Part shown: positions 38,500 through 50,256 of the stretch, one piece after another
Position numbering within the stretch: the stretch's first letter is position 1
Layout of the letters: each line of letters opens with the position of its first letter
From: the human T2T-CHM13v2.0 reference genome, Homo sapiens
Direction: 5' to 3' (one strand)
DNA length: 64,000 nt
NCBI RefSeq assembly: GCF_009914755.1
Contig: NC_060926.1
Program-made: the position numbers and the translations under genes
Notes under the pieces: generated by a model
Told to the model about the DNA's origin: nothing
Databases searched by the model: none
The model's input: the letters and a program-made list of their open reading frames with translations, nothing else

Positions 38500-39700
38500 T
38501 TATAACATGTTAGAAAACAAAACACACAGGGGAACTTACCAAAAGGAGTAAAAGATTTCTTAGACAAAATTTCAAAGCAGAAACCATAAGGCAGAAAAAG
38601 TGGAGGGGATTTCATGATGTTACAATCAAATAGATCTGTTGCAAGTGACACATGGCAAAATGAGAGAAGTTATGTGCAGTCTAAAACTGACAAGAGATTA
38701 GCAGCCTCAATATACGAGGAACTCCTGAAAATTAACAAGAAAAATAAATAGACAAAGGACACGAGCAGGCAGTTTTTGGGAGAGGAAACCCCAAAAGCCA
38801 GGAAGCATATGAGGAAGTGGCTAAGATCATTAGTACAGAAATACACATTCTAACAATAAGATATATGAGGAAATAGTTCTCCAAAAAAGATACACAGATG
38901 GTCAATGAGCACAAAAAAAGGTGCTGAGAATCACCCAGAATAAGGGAAATGCAGATGAAAACTACAGTGAGATAGCACTTCATACCCACTAGAATAGCTA
39001 CTGTCAAGAAAACCCGAAAATACCGAGTGTTGGTGAGGAGTGAGACATTAGACCCTTGTGCACTACCGGTGGGTATGTAAAATGGTGCCGCCACTGTGGA
39101 CAACAACATGGCCATTCCTAAAAAAAAATTCAAATAGAATTACCGTATGACCAAGAATTTCCACTTCTGGACGTATTCCCAAAAGGATTGAAAGCAGGAT
39201 GTTAAAGAGATATTGTATATCCAAGTTCATAGCAGCAGCATTCATAGGAACCAAAAAGTGGAAGCAAGTGTCCATTGATAGACGAATGCATGAACAAAAT
39301 GTGGTCTATACATGCAATAAAATATGATTCAGCCTTAGAAAGGGAGAGAATCCTGTGACAGGCTACATCGTGGATGAACCTTGAGGGCATTATGCTAAGT
39401 GGAATAGCCAGTCACAAAAAGACAGTATTCCACTTACATGTGATACCTAGAATAATCAAATTCATAGAAACAGAAAATAGAATGATTGCCAAGGGCTGGG
39501 GCAAAAACGGAATGGGAAGTTAGTATCTAATTGGACACAGTGTTTCAGTTTCACAAAAGTAGAGTTCTTGAGATGGATGGTGGTAATGGTTGCACAACAA
39601 TGTGAAAGTATTTGATACCACTAAAGTGTACAATTAACAGTGGTTAAGATGGGAAACTTTATGTTCTGTGTGCTTTACTACAATTTGAACTAGATACAAC
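38500..39700 (+). mobile_element. old L1M fragments (L1MB-like 3' end nested in older L1)
   Basis: ggatgaaccttgagggcattatgctaagt, gagatggatggtggtaatggttgcacaacaatgtgaa. Confidence 0.75.
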
Positions 39701-39756
39701 CTTATACATACATGGTAGGCAAAATTCTCAGCTGAACTCCAATAGGCAAGCACTTC

Positions 39757-40240
39757 TGTAATCCTCTCCTGGTAAATGTGCTTCTAATTAATAGATTCTA
39801 ACAAAGGTGATGATGTGCCATATGGAAAAGGGGAAAAGAATTTGCCAATGTAATTAAAGTCCCTGATCAGTTGACTTTATGTTAATGAAAAAGGACATCA
39901 TCCAGGGTGCATCTAATCAGGTGAGCCCTTTAAAAAAGGATGTAAAGGTATGAGACTATCTCTCCTGCTGACATTGAAGAAGCAAGTCTCCTTGAGTTCT
40001 ACAACCACTCGGAGATGAATACTGCCAGCCACCTGAGGCAGCCTGGAATCAGATCTTTCTCCAGTGGAGCCTCTGATGAGAATGCAGCCTGGCCAACACC
40101 GGGTTACAGTCTGAGCAGAGCACCCAGCTAAGCCGAGCCCAGAATCCTGGCCCACAGAAAATGGGAGATGAAAAATAAATGGTGTTTTAAGCCACACGAT
40201 TTGTGTTAACTTGTTCTGCAGCTGTAGAAAACTAATGCAA
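39757..40240 (+). mobile_element. MLT1-type MaLR LTR
   Basis: ctaatcaggtgagccctttaaaa, tgttttaagccac, gaaaactaatgca. Confidence 0.7.
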
Positions 40241-40262
40241 TCTTTTAGGCAAAACTAATCTA

Positions 40263-40439
<177 letters not shown>

Positions 40440-43400
40440 GAAGTCTTCATGTTGGGTGGGGAAGTGGGGAAGTTGATGAGGGCACTGCTTGTGGAGTGTA
40501 GACCAGAGCCACCATTGTGGAGGGATTTTGATCAATAGTATGCATCCCTTACACCCCTGCTATTCCATTTCCAGGTAGAGATGTAAAAGAAATTGACACA
40601 TTCGTCAAACATGCACACCAAGATGTTCACTGCAGAGTTCTTTGTGGTAGTGTGGGGATGGGGGCTGCGGGAGGCACCCTAGGGTTTCTATCCTGGGGAG
40701 AACGGAGAGACAAAATGGGAATGGTCCACACCATGGAGAATTATGCAGCCACAAGGAGAGATGAAAGGCACACATAGCAACATGGATGGGCCTGAACACA
40801 GGACTGAGTTTAAAAAGGAAGAAGCAACATGGGAACCCAAACATTACCATTTGCAGACATTAAAAAACACATAAAGACTGTATCTCTTTTGAAAGAGCAT
40901 TTTTAAAGCAGCACAGGAGGTGGGGGAATCTATGGGGAGCATGTTGCCCATGCAGGGGAAGGGAATGGGAGTGAGTGTGGAGACAAAAGAATAAATAAAA
41001 CAAAAGTGGTTTTATTGGACCAACAATAATTCACTGAGTAGTTTAGCGCAACTTGAGGGTAAAATTAATGGCACCTGGATCTGGGGCAGCTGCAGAGGCA
41101 GCGACGTCCAGGCCTTTGTGCAGGGGGGCTGAGGTCACCCGTGCAGGTGGGGAAACAGTAAATGCCAATGAAGCAGGTGTGTGTGGTATAGAGCGAGCAA
41201 GAAAGGAGAGATTACTTTGGCCTAAGAGGGATATCTGCATTTATATTACTAATGAGTTTCCACTGTAAGCCACAGAAAGCCCGGCTCAAAGCGATTTTTT
41301 TTTCTTTACAAACAGAATTTATTGACTCAAGTGACTAAAATGTCCAGGCTGACTCCCTTGGGTGGGAAAGATGGTTGCCAGCAGGGCCAGGCGTATTCTC
41401 TCCAGCTAGGAAACCAGAATTGTGGACCTCCCTTTCTCAGAGGTTTCCACAAAAGCCCCAAGGCTGGTCCCCTTTGGTCAGAAAGAGTGACACGCCTGAA
41501 CAAATCCCCAGGGCCAGGCCCGGGTCACATCGCCACCTGCAGACAGCAAGGGCTTCCAGCATAGGCATGGCATGAGCACAAGCTCGTGGAGGGACGTCTT
41601 TGGGAACAAAGCTGGAAAAGTAGGAGGTGAGGTTCCATGGCTGCCAGCTCAGGCGTGACCTTCGCTGCCACTTACTCAACTTGGAGGCTGTTGGTGGATG
41701 GAGGAGAGCCCTGGAGCATTTCCTCCCAGAAAGGAAATGCCTCCAGAAGTGCCTCCCTCTAGGTCCTTCTCACTGCCAAAAAGTCCCTTTCCCAGAGAGG
41801 AAGGAGGCTCAAGGGCTCAGAGCGTTCTCAACACAAATGACTGTGGGGAGAGCCCTCGTGGGGGCCTGGGTCATTGCAAGAGGGAGCTCATGTGGATGCA
41901 AATCTATATAATCGGTTGCCAAAAAAGTACTGAGCCGGCCTGTTTTCATCCTGTACCAGGCGGCCTGCAGAGGACAGAATGTCCACGCTGTCTCTACAGA
42001 AATCCTTTCCGGCCAAGCCCCAGGGCCTGGGGGTTCTCCAGCACTTAACCACCAGCTTTCCTGCCCTGCCCGCACAGGAGCAGCCAGTGGGTGGCTGCCA
42101 TTATTGTCTCCAGGGGCACTGGGGGCGATGCTGGGCTGGGTAGGGCTGTGTGGGGCTGAGGGCAGTGTGGGTTCTGAGGGTCAGGAAATGACCTTCCTTT
42201 ATGCACTACCACAACACCTCCCACAAACCACTCCTCCTGCTGCCTGGGGTTTTGAACACAGTCCTGGCCTCTTTATGGCAGTGGCAGGCAGTGTGGTTTT
42301 GGAATGGCCAGCCTGCCACAGGAGGCAGAGCTCCCACTGTGCCAGGAGGCAGAGCTCCCACTGTGCCGGCAAACAATAAGCACTGTTGTTTTTCCCCAGA
42401 GTGGGGCTGCCCGGTACTGGTCTGTGCCTGTCTCTCTGGAGCAGGAAATCGAGCAGAGGGAAATGTGTGGATTGGTTAGAGTGCTGTCAGCTGCAAGGAA
42501 CAGAAAACCCAACTCAAAGGGGCTTAAACAATCAAGATGTGTCTCCTGTGCCAAGCAGTGCAGAGGTAGGACAGCTCAGGGCTGGTTAGATCAGGGCCGC
42601 AGGAAGCCAACAGGGACCCAGGTTTATTCCACATTCCATGCTGCCCTCCTCTTCAGTGGGCCAGTCTGTTTTCAGGCCAGCTTCCCTCATAATCACAAGA
42701 CAGCTGCCACAGTTCCAGGCATCACCTCCAGATATGACAACACCCAGCAAAAGAGACTCTCTTCTCCTGGATCCATCTTTTAAAGAGTAAGGGAACTTTT
42801 CCCAGAATTTCACCCAGCAGCTCTTCCATCATGTCTCACTGGCCAGAATTGCATCACAGACCTATCCTTAGCCAGTATTTGACAGAGGAAACAGGAAAGC
42901 CATGACTGGCTTGAAGGGCATGGACTACCCCAATAGCACAGGGTTTGGATGCTCCTGCAGATGCTCCAACAGCCTTCACCACACCAGGAGACAGAAGTTC
43001 TTCCCAGTTGGAGATCAGCTTTATTCACCATTGAGGATGTGATGTTTGGAGCTGTAGGGGCCATCTTGCAGCAATGGGGGGAAATTCAAGAACATCTCAG
43101 ACTTGCTAATGCCATGCTTTGCCTTTACTGGGCCGTGAGACAATCCTGGGACCACATAGGTTTGTTATGTGAGTAAAATGAACTCCTGTTCAATGAGGCC
43201 TCCATTAGTTGAGTTTTCTTTACTTGCAGCCCAACTGACACAGAGTTCAGTTGTTCTGGGCAGTGGAGGGACAGGAAAGGCTCCAATGGCAGCCATTCTC
43301 CTTTGGGTTCCCATCCTCTGTGATGAGAAATCCTCGTAAAAATCACCCACCAGGACACTGAGATGGCCAAGTTTCTGCTGACCTTCCATGTGTCCTTGCA

Positions 43401-45430
43401 AACTTCAGAGGAAACTGGACCCTGGGCAAAATGATGAAATTAGAGAGTCCCTGAGCCCTTCTTCTCACCAGAAAACTCCACCCATGACCCAAATTCCCAG
43501 AGAACATAGGAAATTATCAGTTATAATTGCAAATAATAAAGACTTAGAAACCTGACAAGAGGGTCTTAAGCAAACACGGTTTGGGGTTTTTCTATTCCTT
43601 GAGTAATGAGAAGCCCAAAGGTCAGGATCCATGATGGTCCCACTGCTGGGGCTGTGGTGAGGCTATAGGGGACCAGGGTCCTTCCAGCTCCCTGTGTTGA
43701 CATCCTCACCAGGTGCCTTCATCCTCAGGGTCACAAATACCTGCTGCTACACCTTCAGGCAGAACTTTGTGCCCCAGGGAGGAATATAGGGAAGGGGAAA
43801 GGTACAGTGAAGAGCCACCAGGCCCAACAGGAAAGCAGTAGCTGTCCTGGAAGCCCCACTCTGAAGATGCCTGTCATGGGCTGTACTGTGTTGTGTAACC
43901 ACCTTTGGCTTTGAGGGAGAGGAAGGGGAGAATGGCTGTGGACTAGGTAGCTAGCTGCGTCGGCCACCAGGTGTGGAGTCCGGAAACCTGGGACTCAACC
44001 CAACACTGCTTCCTGCTGCCTTCAGTAACCCCAGGCAGCCCAGGTCATTGCTGCAGCCTCAGCAGCCTCTCCTGCCTGGCAGAAAGTGGGGGAAGAGAAC
44101 TGCCTCCATGAGGGTTCCTGAAGGCTGGGTGTTCACTTGGCCTTCTCCCCATCTGGGGCAATGGGTCCTAGGGCAAGCATGGAATGGGAAGTGTGGCTTA
44201 TTCAAGGCTCTTCTGATGTCAAGTGATAGAAATTGATTCAACTCATCTATAGGGAAAAAGGGCGGGTGATAATTAATTTATTTCAGACCCAATGGGCAAG
44301 AGGAGCAGTCAGACCTCAGGAAGGAACTGACCTCAAGCTAGCAAGCCCTTGGAGACAGAGGCAGCCACTCCTCCTTGCTCCCCGGCCCCAGGGTTGCCTG
44401 CCTCTGCTGTTCTCCCCTCACCCACTATACCTTCTTTCCCTCTGGATGGAAAGGGGTTTCTCAGCCTCACAGCTTCTGCATTCCCATGAACAATGGGCTG
44501 CCAGTCTCTCTGAATTCGTATTTCACATTCCTAGGAGAGACTGTCTGATGATCCAGCTCACCCTGATGTCTGTCTCTTGGCCAGTCAATCCAGCCATAGA
44601 GTTAGAGCAGTTCCCAGAAAAGAGGGGCTGGATGAGGCTGACCAGCACACTGCAAAATTGACTTCAGGGGAGGAAGAGAAGCAGAGGCAGGAGGGTCCTC
44701 TTGGAGATCTGGGGGAAAGAGAGACAGGGCATTCCTTTAGGACCTGTGCCTCAAAGACCAGTGGGAAGAGACAGCTGGGTGAGGACAGGCTTCAGGTACT
44801 CTCATGTGTCCAGATCAAATACGGCTTTAACCCCTCTCTAAGTCATCGCAAATCTTTATTTTGCAAATAGCAGAAAATGCCATTCAAATGGCTTGGCTGA
44901 AAAAGAGAATGTGTGGACCCACCTAACTGAAAAGTCAGAGCCAGGAGGGACTCAGCCATGGTTCGATCCAGAGGTTCAACATTTACTTGCAATATTTTCT
45001 CTGCAAGTTTCATTTTGTTTCTGTTTCCAGTTCTCTACAAGTCATTCATCTCTATTTCTTTGCGAGACAGTTTCATTTGAGGCTGGCTTTCCCCCTGTGG
45101 CACAAGTGGCTGCTTTATGTCAGCATTTCAGTGAAGTCCTTAGATGGGCTCTGAGTGGCCCAGCTTTTGTCACATGCCCCCTCCTGAACAAATCAACTCC
45201 TGTTGGGAAGGAAGGTAGTTTGCCGATTGGCTTGGTCAAGTCACAGTCTCCCTTCTTCTCAGCCCCTTCAAGAAGGAAATCGGCTTCTTTGGGCTCACAC
45301 CATCCCCCAGCAGATCTCTGGACTATGATCAAGAACAGGGAGAAAATGAAGCAAGTGTTCCCACACTAGTCATTTCCAAGAGCTGGCCAGTTAGCACAGA
45401 ACAAGAAAACACACGCACGGGGCACTGGCA

Positions 45431-45902
45431 TGTGGGCAGCTGAAGAAGGGCCCTGAAGATGTACAAGTCCTAATTTCTGGAGCCCATGAATATGTTAGGT
45501 TACATGGCAAGGAGAAGTTAAGGGCCCAAATGGGATTACGGTCACTAATCAGCTGACCTCGATGTCAGGAGATTATCCTGAATTATTCAGGTGGGATGTG
45601 CAAGAGGGAGGTAGGCGAGTCCGCGTGAGGGTGCGCAGTGTGAGAAAGCCTCACAACAATTGCTGGCTTTGGAAATGGAAGGGGGCTGTGAGCCAGGGCA
45701 TGTGGGCAGCTCAGAGAAGCACAGAAAGAGATTCTTCTCCACAGTCTCCAGAAAGGAACACAGCCCCGATGACGCCTTGGCTGTAGCCCAGTGACACCCA
45801 GGTCAGAGTCTGACCTCCAGAACTGCAAAATAATAGATGTGTGTTGTTCTGAGCCACTGAGCTGGTGGTAATTTGTTACAGCAGCAGTGAGAAACAAAAA
45901 CA
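45431..45902 (+). mobile_element. MLT1D/E-type MaLR LTR
   Basis: ctaatcagctgacct, ggagattatcctg, ctgacctccagaactg, gtaatttgttacagcagca. Confidence 0.8.
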
Positions 45903-45939
45903 CGGCATTCCAAGGGCAGTACTCTGCATGGCAGGAGTG

Positions 45940-46583
45940 ACAGAGTGGTGCCCAGTGCAACGGTGTGTGACAGAAATACAACATGCACTGCAATGGGGAT
46001 CTTAAGTTTTCTAGTGGCCACATTAAGAAAGAAAAAGAGGCCGGGTGTGGTGGCTCATGCCTGTAATACCAGCAGTTTGAGAGGCTGAGTGGGTGGATGG
46101 CTTGAGGTTGGGAGTTCGAGACCAGCCTGGCCAACACGGTGAAACCCTGTCTCCACTAAAAATACAAAAATTAGCCAGGAGTTATGGTGGGTGCCTGTAA
46201 TCCCAGCTGCTCAGGAGGCGAGGCAGGAGAACACTTGAATCTGGGAGGCAGAGTTTGCAGTGAGCCAAGATCGCACCACTGCACGCCAGCCTAGGCAACA
46301 GAGCGAGACTCCATGTAAAAAAAAAAAAAAGAAAAGAAAGAAAAAAAACAGGTAAAATTAATTTCAATAATATATTTTAACCCAATATATTCAAAATACT
46401 ATCATTGCAATGTGTCATCAATATACAAAATATTGAGAAGGTGTTTCCCATTCTTTTTAATCCCCAGTTTTAGAATTCAGTGTATATTTTACACACAGCA
46501 CATCTCAACATTTCTGAGCTCCTTTTCAGTGCTCATCAGGCACACATGGTTAGTGGCTGCTGCCCTGGACAGCACAGGCCTAG
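45940..46583. mobile_element. MER33/MER3-type hAT element interrupted by an Alu
   Basis: ttttctagtggccacatt, aaattaatttcaataatatatttta, cacatggttagtggct...ggacagcacag. Confidence 0.65.
46039..46348 (+). mobile_element. Alu (AluS-type)
   Basis: Dimer with A-rich tail, aagaaagaaaaa on both flanks. Confidence 0.92.
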
Positions 46584-49500
46584 TGACTGTACTTTTGGTT
46601 GTAAGGGTGGCAGTGGCTGGCATGAACCAGAACAGGGGTTTGTTTGTGACAGTGACAAGGAGACCGCTAACCCCTGCTGATCTGTGTGTCCAGTTTTATT
46701 TCTCTTTTTTCTAATTTTTTTATTTCCATACATACCCTGCTTGTATATCAAGCTCTTTTCTAATCAGGGATCCTCAAATGACAGGAGTTGACCTCTGATT
46801 GTGTTTGTGCATTTCAAAGCCCAGAGCTGTGACCTCAGCCACGGTGGGCAGGATGGGTGCTGGAGAAGGGCATTAAGGCTCCCAGCTTTGTGGGGGAAAT
46901 GGCATCTTCTTGAGTGAGTGGGGAAGTGCAAATAGAATATGCACAAGCTAGGAAGGACGTTTTTAAAGCCTGTGCTTCGAACATTCTTCCTCTAAAGGAT
47001 CAGGTGAGCTGGCTCAGAGCAGGGAGCCAACCGCTGAGCCAGGGTGAGAGGGCTTTGTATTTGGAGAGTGAAAAGAATACGGTTGTTTAGGCTTTGGACT
47101 CAGAGCATCAGAAACTCAGGAGAAATGAGATCAGCTGAAAAAGAAATGGGTTTGATGTTGTAGACCAAACATGAACAGTGGGGAACAGGCTGAAAAATGA
47201 GGGGAGAACAGTCAGCAGCTTCCACGGCTTCTCCCAAATGGAGGGAAGTGGGGCCAGCTCAGGGGACAGGCTGGAGGCTTATGACGGAAAGATGGTGGGG
47301 TCCAGGTGTGGCAGGACAGGAGGCAAAGCTGGGGGCTGCTATGGGACAGAGGGGGCAGAGGGAAAGTTGTGCTGCTAATGGGGTCACAAGAGTCACTTAT
47401 GGCCTGGGGCCTTCAAGAACCAAGGGAAGCCCTCCCAGAGCCCAGCACCACCACAAGCAATGCTCACGGCTCCAGCCAGCAAGACTTGGGGTAGCAGCCC
47501 CCAGCCTCTCTCCCCATATTGGGGACAAAAGAGAACTGGAGAAGCCAGAGAGAGGGAGCTGGCCAAGCCTTTCCGGAGGGCACAGCCCAGGCCTCCACCA
47601 TCCTCTCCCCATGTGTGCTCAACCCTTAAACACTTTGCTAAGCATTACAGGTCAGGCCCCTCCCCTGTGTGTTCAACCCTTTAACACTTTGCTAAGCATT
47701 ACAGGAGTTCTTCTGCTAGAAGTGGCCAATCAAATGTCCCTGGGCTTGGCTCTTGGTCCATGGCAACATTCCTTGCTTTTGGAGAGGGTGTGGGGTCCAG
47801 GAGCTAAGTGTACCCTTCAGCCAAGTCATATATCCTCTCACTCAACCTCACAATAATCATTCCAGGTGGTATCATTCTTACCCATTTTACAAAGGTGAGG
47901 TTGACCCTGTGTAATAGTCAGGGTAGGCTTGGTTACGCTGCTGTAACACACAGCTCTAAACATCTCATAACTTAACACAGTAGTTTACCTCTCACTCCCA
48001 CTCATGGGGGCTGGCGAGGGAATCTGCTCCATGCAGGTCGCTCAGGGATTCAGGCTGATTGAGGCTCTGCTGTCTGGAACAGTGGCCTCTGCCAACTCCC
48101 TGGCAGGGGAAGACACAGATGGAGGTGCGTACTGGCTTCTTTAGAATTTGGCATGATCCTGCCTAACTAGAAAGGTGCTGAGTAGTCTGAGGAACATCTG
48201 GGCTGTCTGAGGATCCCCTAGTCCCCTAGATTGGGAAGTGGGAGCGAGGCTTAACTGAAGCGTGTCTAATGTCAAAGTCCTTGCTGTCAGCCCCGCCTTA
48301 TGCAGCTTCCCCCCTAAACCACTGTGAAAACGTGTGAGCTGTGTGGTAATGTGCCAATTCCAGGGGTGTCAACACCATGACCCCCAGATATTCTCATACA
48401 CTGCCTCCTTAGCCCATCCCAGGCAAAGAGGGCTCTGCAAACCAGGGACCCTGCGAGGCCAGGGGACAGTGGGATTATACTGCCCCATCCCCTCTGGCCT
48501 GCCTCCCGCCCTTCCAGCCTGCTCACTGTGTCCCTGCTGAGTCCCATGACTCTCAGCTGCCCTCAGGATCCTGCCTCTGAAGAGTCCTTTCCTTCCTGTG
48601 GAATCTGGAGCCTGGTCCTCCTTCTCCAAGGCAGCACCTGCCAGGTTCCTCACTGGCAGCAAGCAGCCTTGCTAACAGCCTTGCTAATCCATTAATTACC
48701 TGCTTCTAGCAGAAGAGCTGTTAATTGAAAACTCCACCCCCTCCTTTAATTGCCTGCCTGCCTCTGGCTGTCTAGGCTTCCCTGGGTTCCCTCCAGGCCC
48801 GCAGCCCTTGGTTCTCTGCCTTTGGGCTCCTGACTTCTTCCTGGTCAATAAGGGTGTCTGTGGCTGTCTCTGCAGTGCTCATTACTGGGGTTGCCAGGTG
48901 AGAATCCGGGGCTACACTCCCTAGCCTGCAGCTAACAGCCTCTCTCCTGCCTGGCCCACTGTGGGAGGAAGGAAAGCATTTAATGCAATTTGCCCCAGAA
49001 ATTAAGGGGGAGATAACAGGCCAGTGGGAGGATTCCACAGGGTAGCAGATTTTACTGAAACCAAAGGCTGAACTCCTCCAGGTCAGAGCTAGCCAGAGGG
49101 GCCAGCCACCCAGAGGGGCTGCACCACTTCCTGGAAGGGTCCACCCTGACTCTAAGTCTCAGCCCTGCCCGGAGGATTTTCTGACCTCAGTCCTTTGAGT
49201 CTGGACACACGAGGGCTCAAGGTGGCCCCGACCTTAATCACCACTTCCCTCCCAGATACATCACCAGATTCTCCAGGCACAGTTAGAATTTGGCAATATT
49301 GACAATCTGAAGAGTGAAAAAGAAGTGAATTTCAGAAAAATGAGGTCAATATCCCATTTTCCAATATAACTGTATGAATATTGTATACATATATGTTGAT
49401 AAACACCTTTTTTAAAAGGTCTGATACAAACCCCACCAAACTCTTACTAAGAGTGGCTACTTCTGGAGAGTGGGAGAGGAGAGGGAGAGGGAGGACTCAC

Positions 49501-49818
49501 AGTGGATCTTCACTGTTTGGATTATTTCACTAGAAAGGGAGCAGGCGAGCATTAGTCCTCAAAGGCCCTATGATCTTGAACAAGGCGCCTGGCCACTCTG
49601 AGCCTCAGTGCCTCATCTGTAAGAGGGAGGCTTCTCCCATGTCCCCTTTTACTCTGGATTAGGACGCGTGGTTGAGTGCAACCTAAACCAACCCAAGCTT
49701 GTCTAAGAAAAGGGGAAGAGTTTCCCGGGACACAAGGATTTTTATGCATCCAGACCTTAGGCAGCGGAGAGAATCCTGGGGAGGGCTCTGCACGTCTCCT
49801 TACTGTGTGCCTGCTTCC

Positions 49819-50256
49819 TGTAAGGTCCTCTGAATGGGCTGCACCATGGTCAAGCCATTGTGACCCCTGTGACCCACACGTACAGGCCTCCTGGAGTCAC
49901 AAAGCCTGGAGCACTAGGAGAACCACTAAAGAAGAAGAAACAGCTAGTTCCTGCCTTAACTGATGAACTGACCTTGCAGCATTGCACCATTGTGATATGT
50001 TCCTGCCCCAACTAATCCATCCACCTTGTGATGTTGTGCCTTGTGACCTCCCCCACCTCGTGACTATGCACCTTGTGACATTCTTCCCCTGCCCGAAAAA
50101 ACTGCCCCTAACTGTAACTTTCCACTACCTACTCCAAGCCTATAAAACTAACTCCACTCCCACAACCCTCCACTGACTTTCTTTTCGGACTCAGCCCACT
50201 TGCATCTGAGTGGATAAACAGCCTGTTGCTCACACTTAGCCTGTTCAGGGCATCTC
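49819..50256 (+). mobile_element. ERV1 solo LTR (LTR38-like, LTR7-related), 3' end apparently missing
   Basis: tgtaaggtcctctga start, repeated ccttgtga motifs, cctataaaac TATA box, cttttcggactcagccc. Confidence 0.72.
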
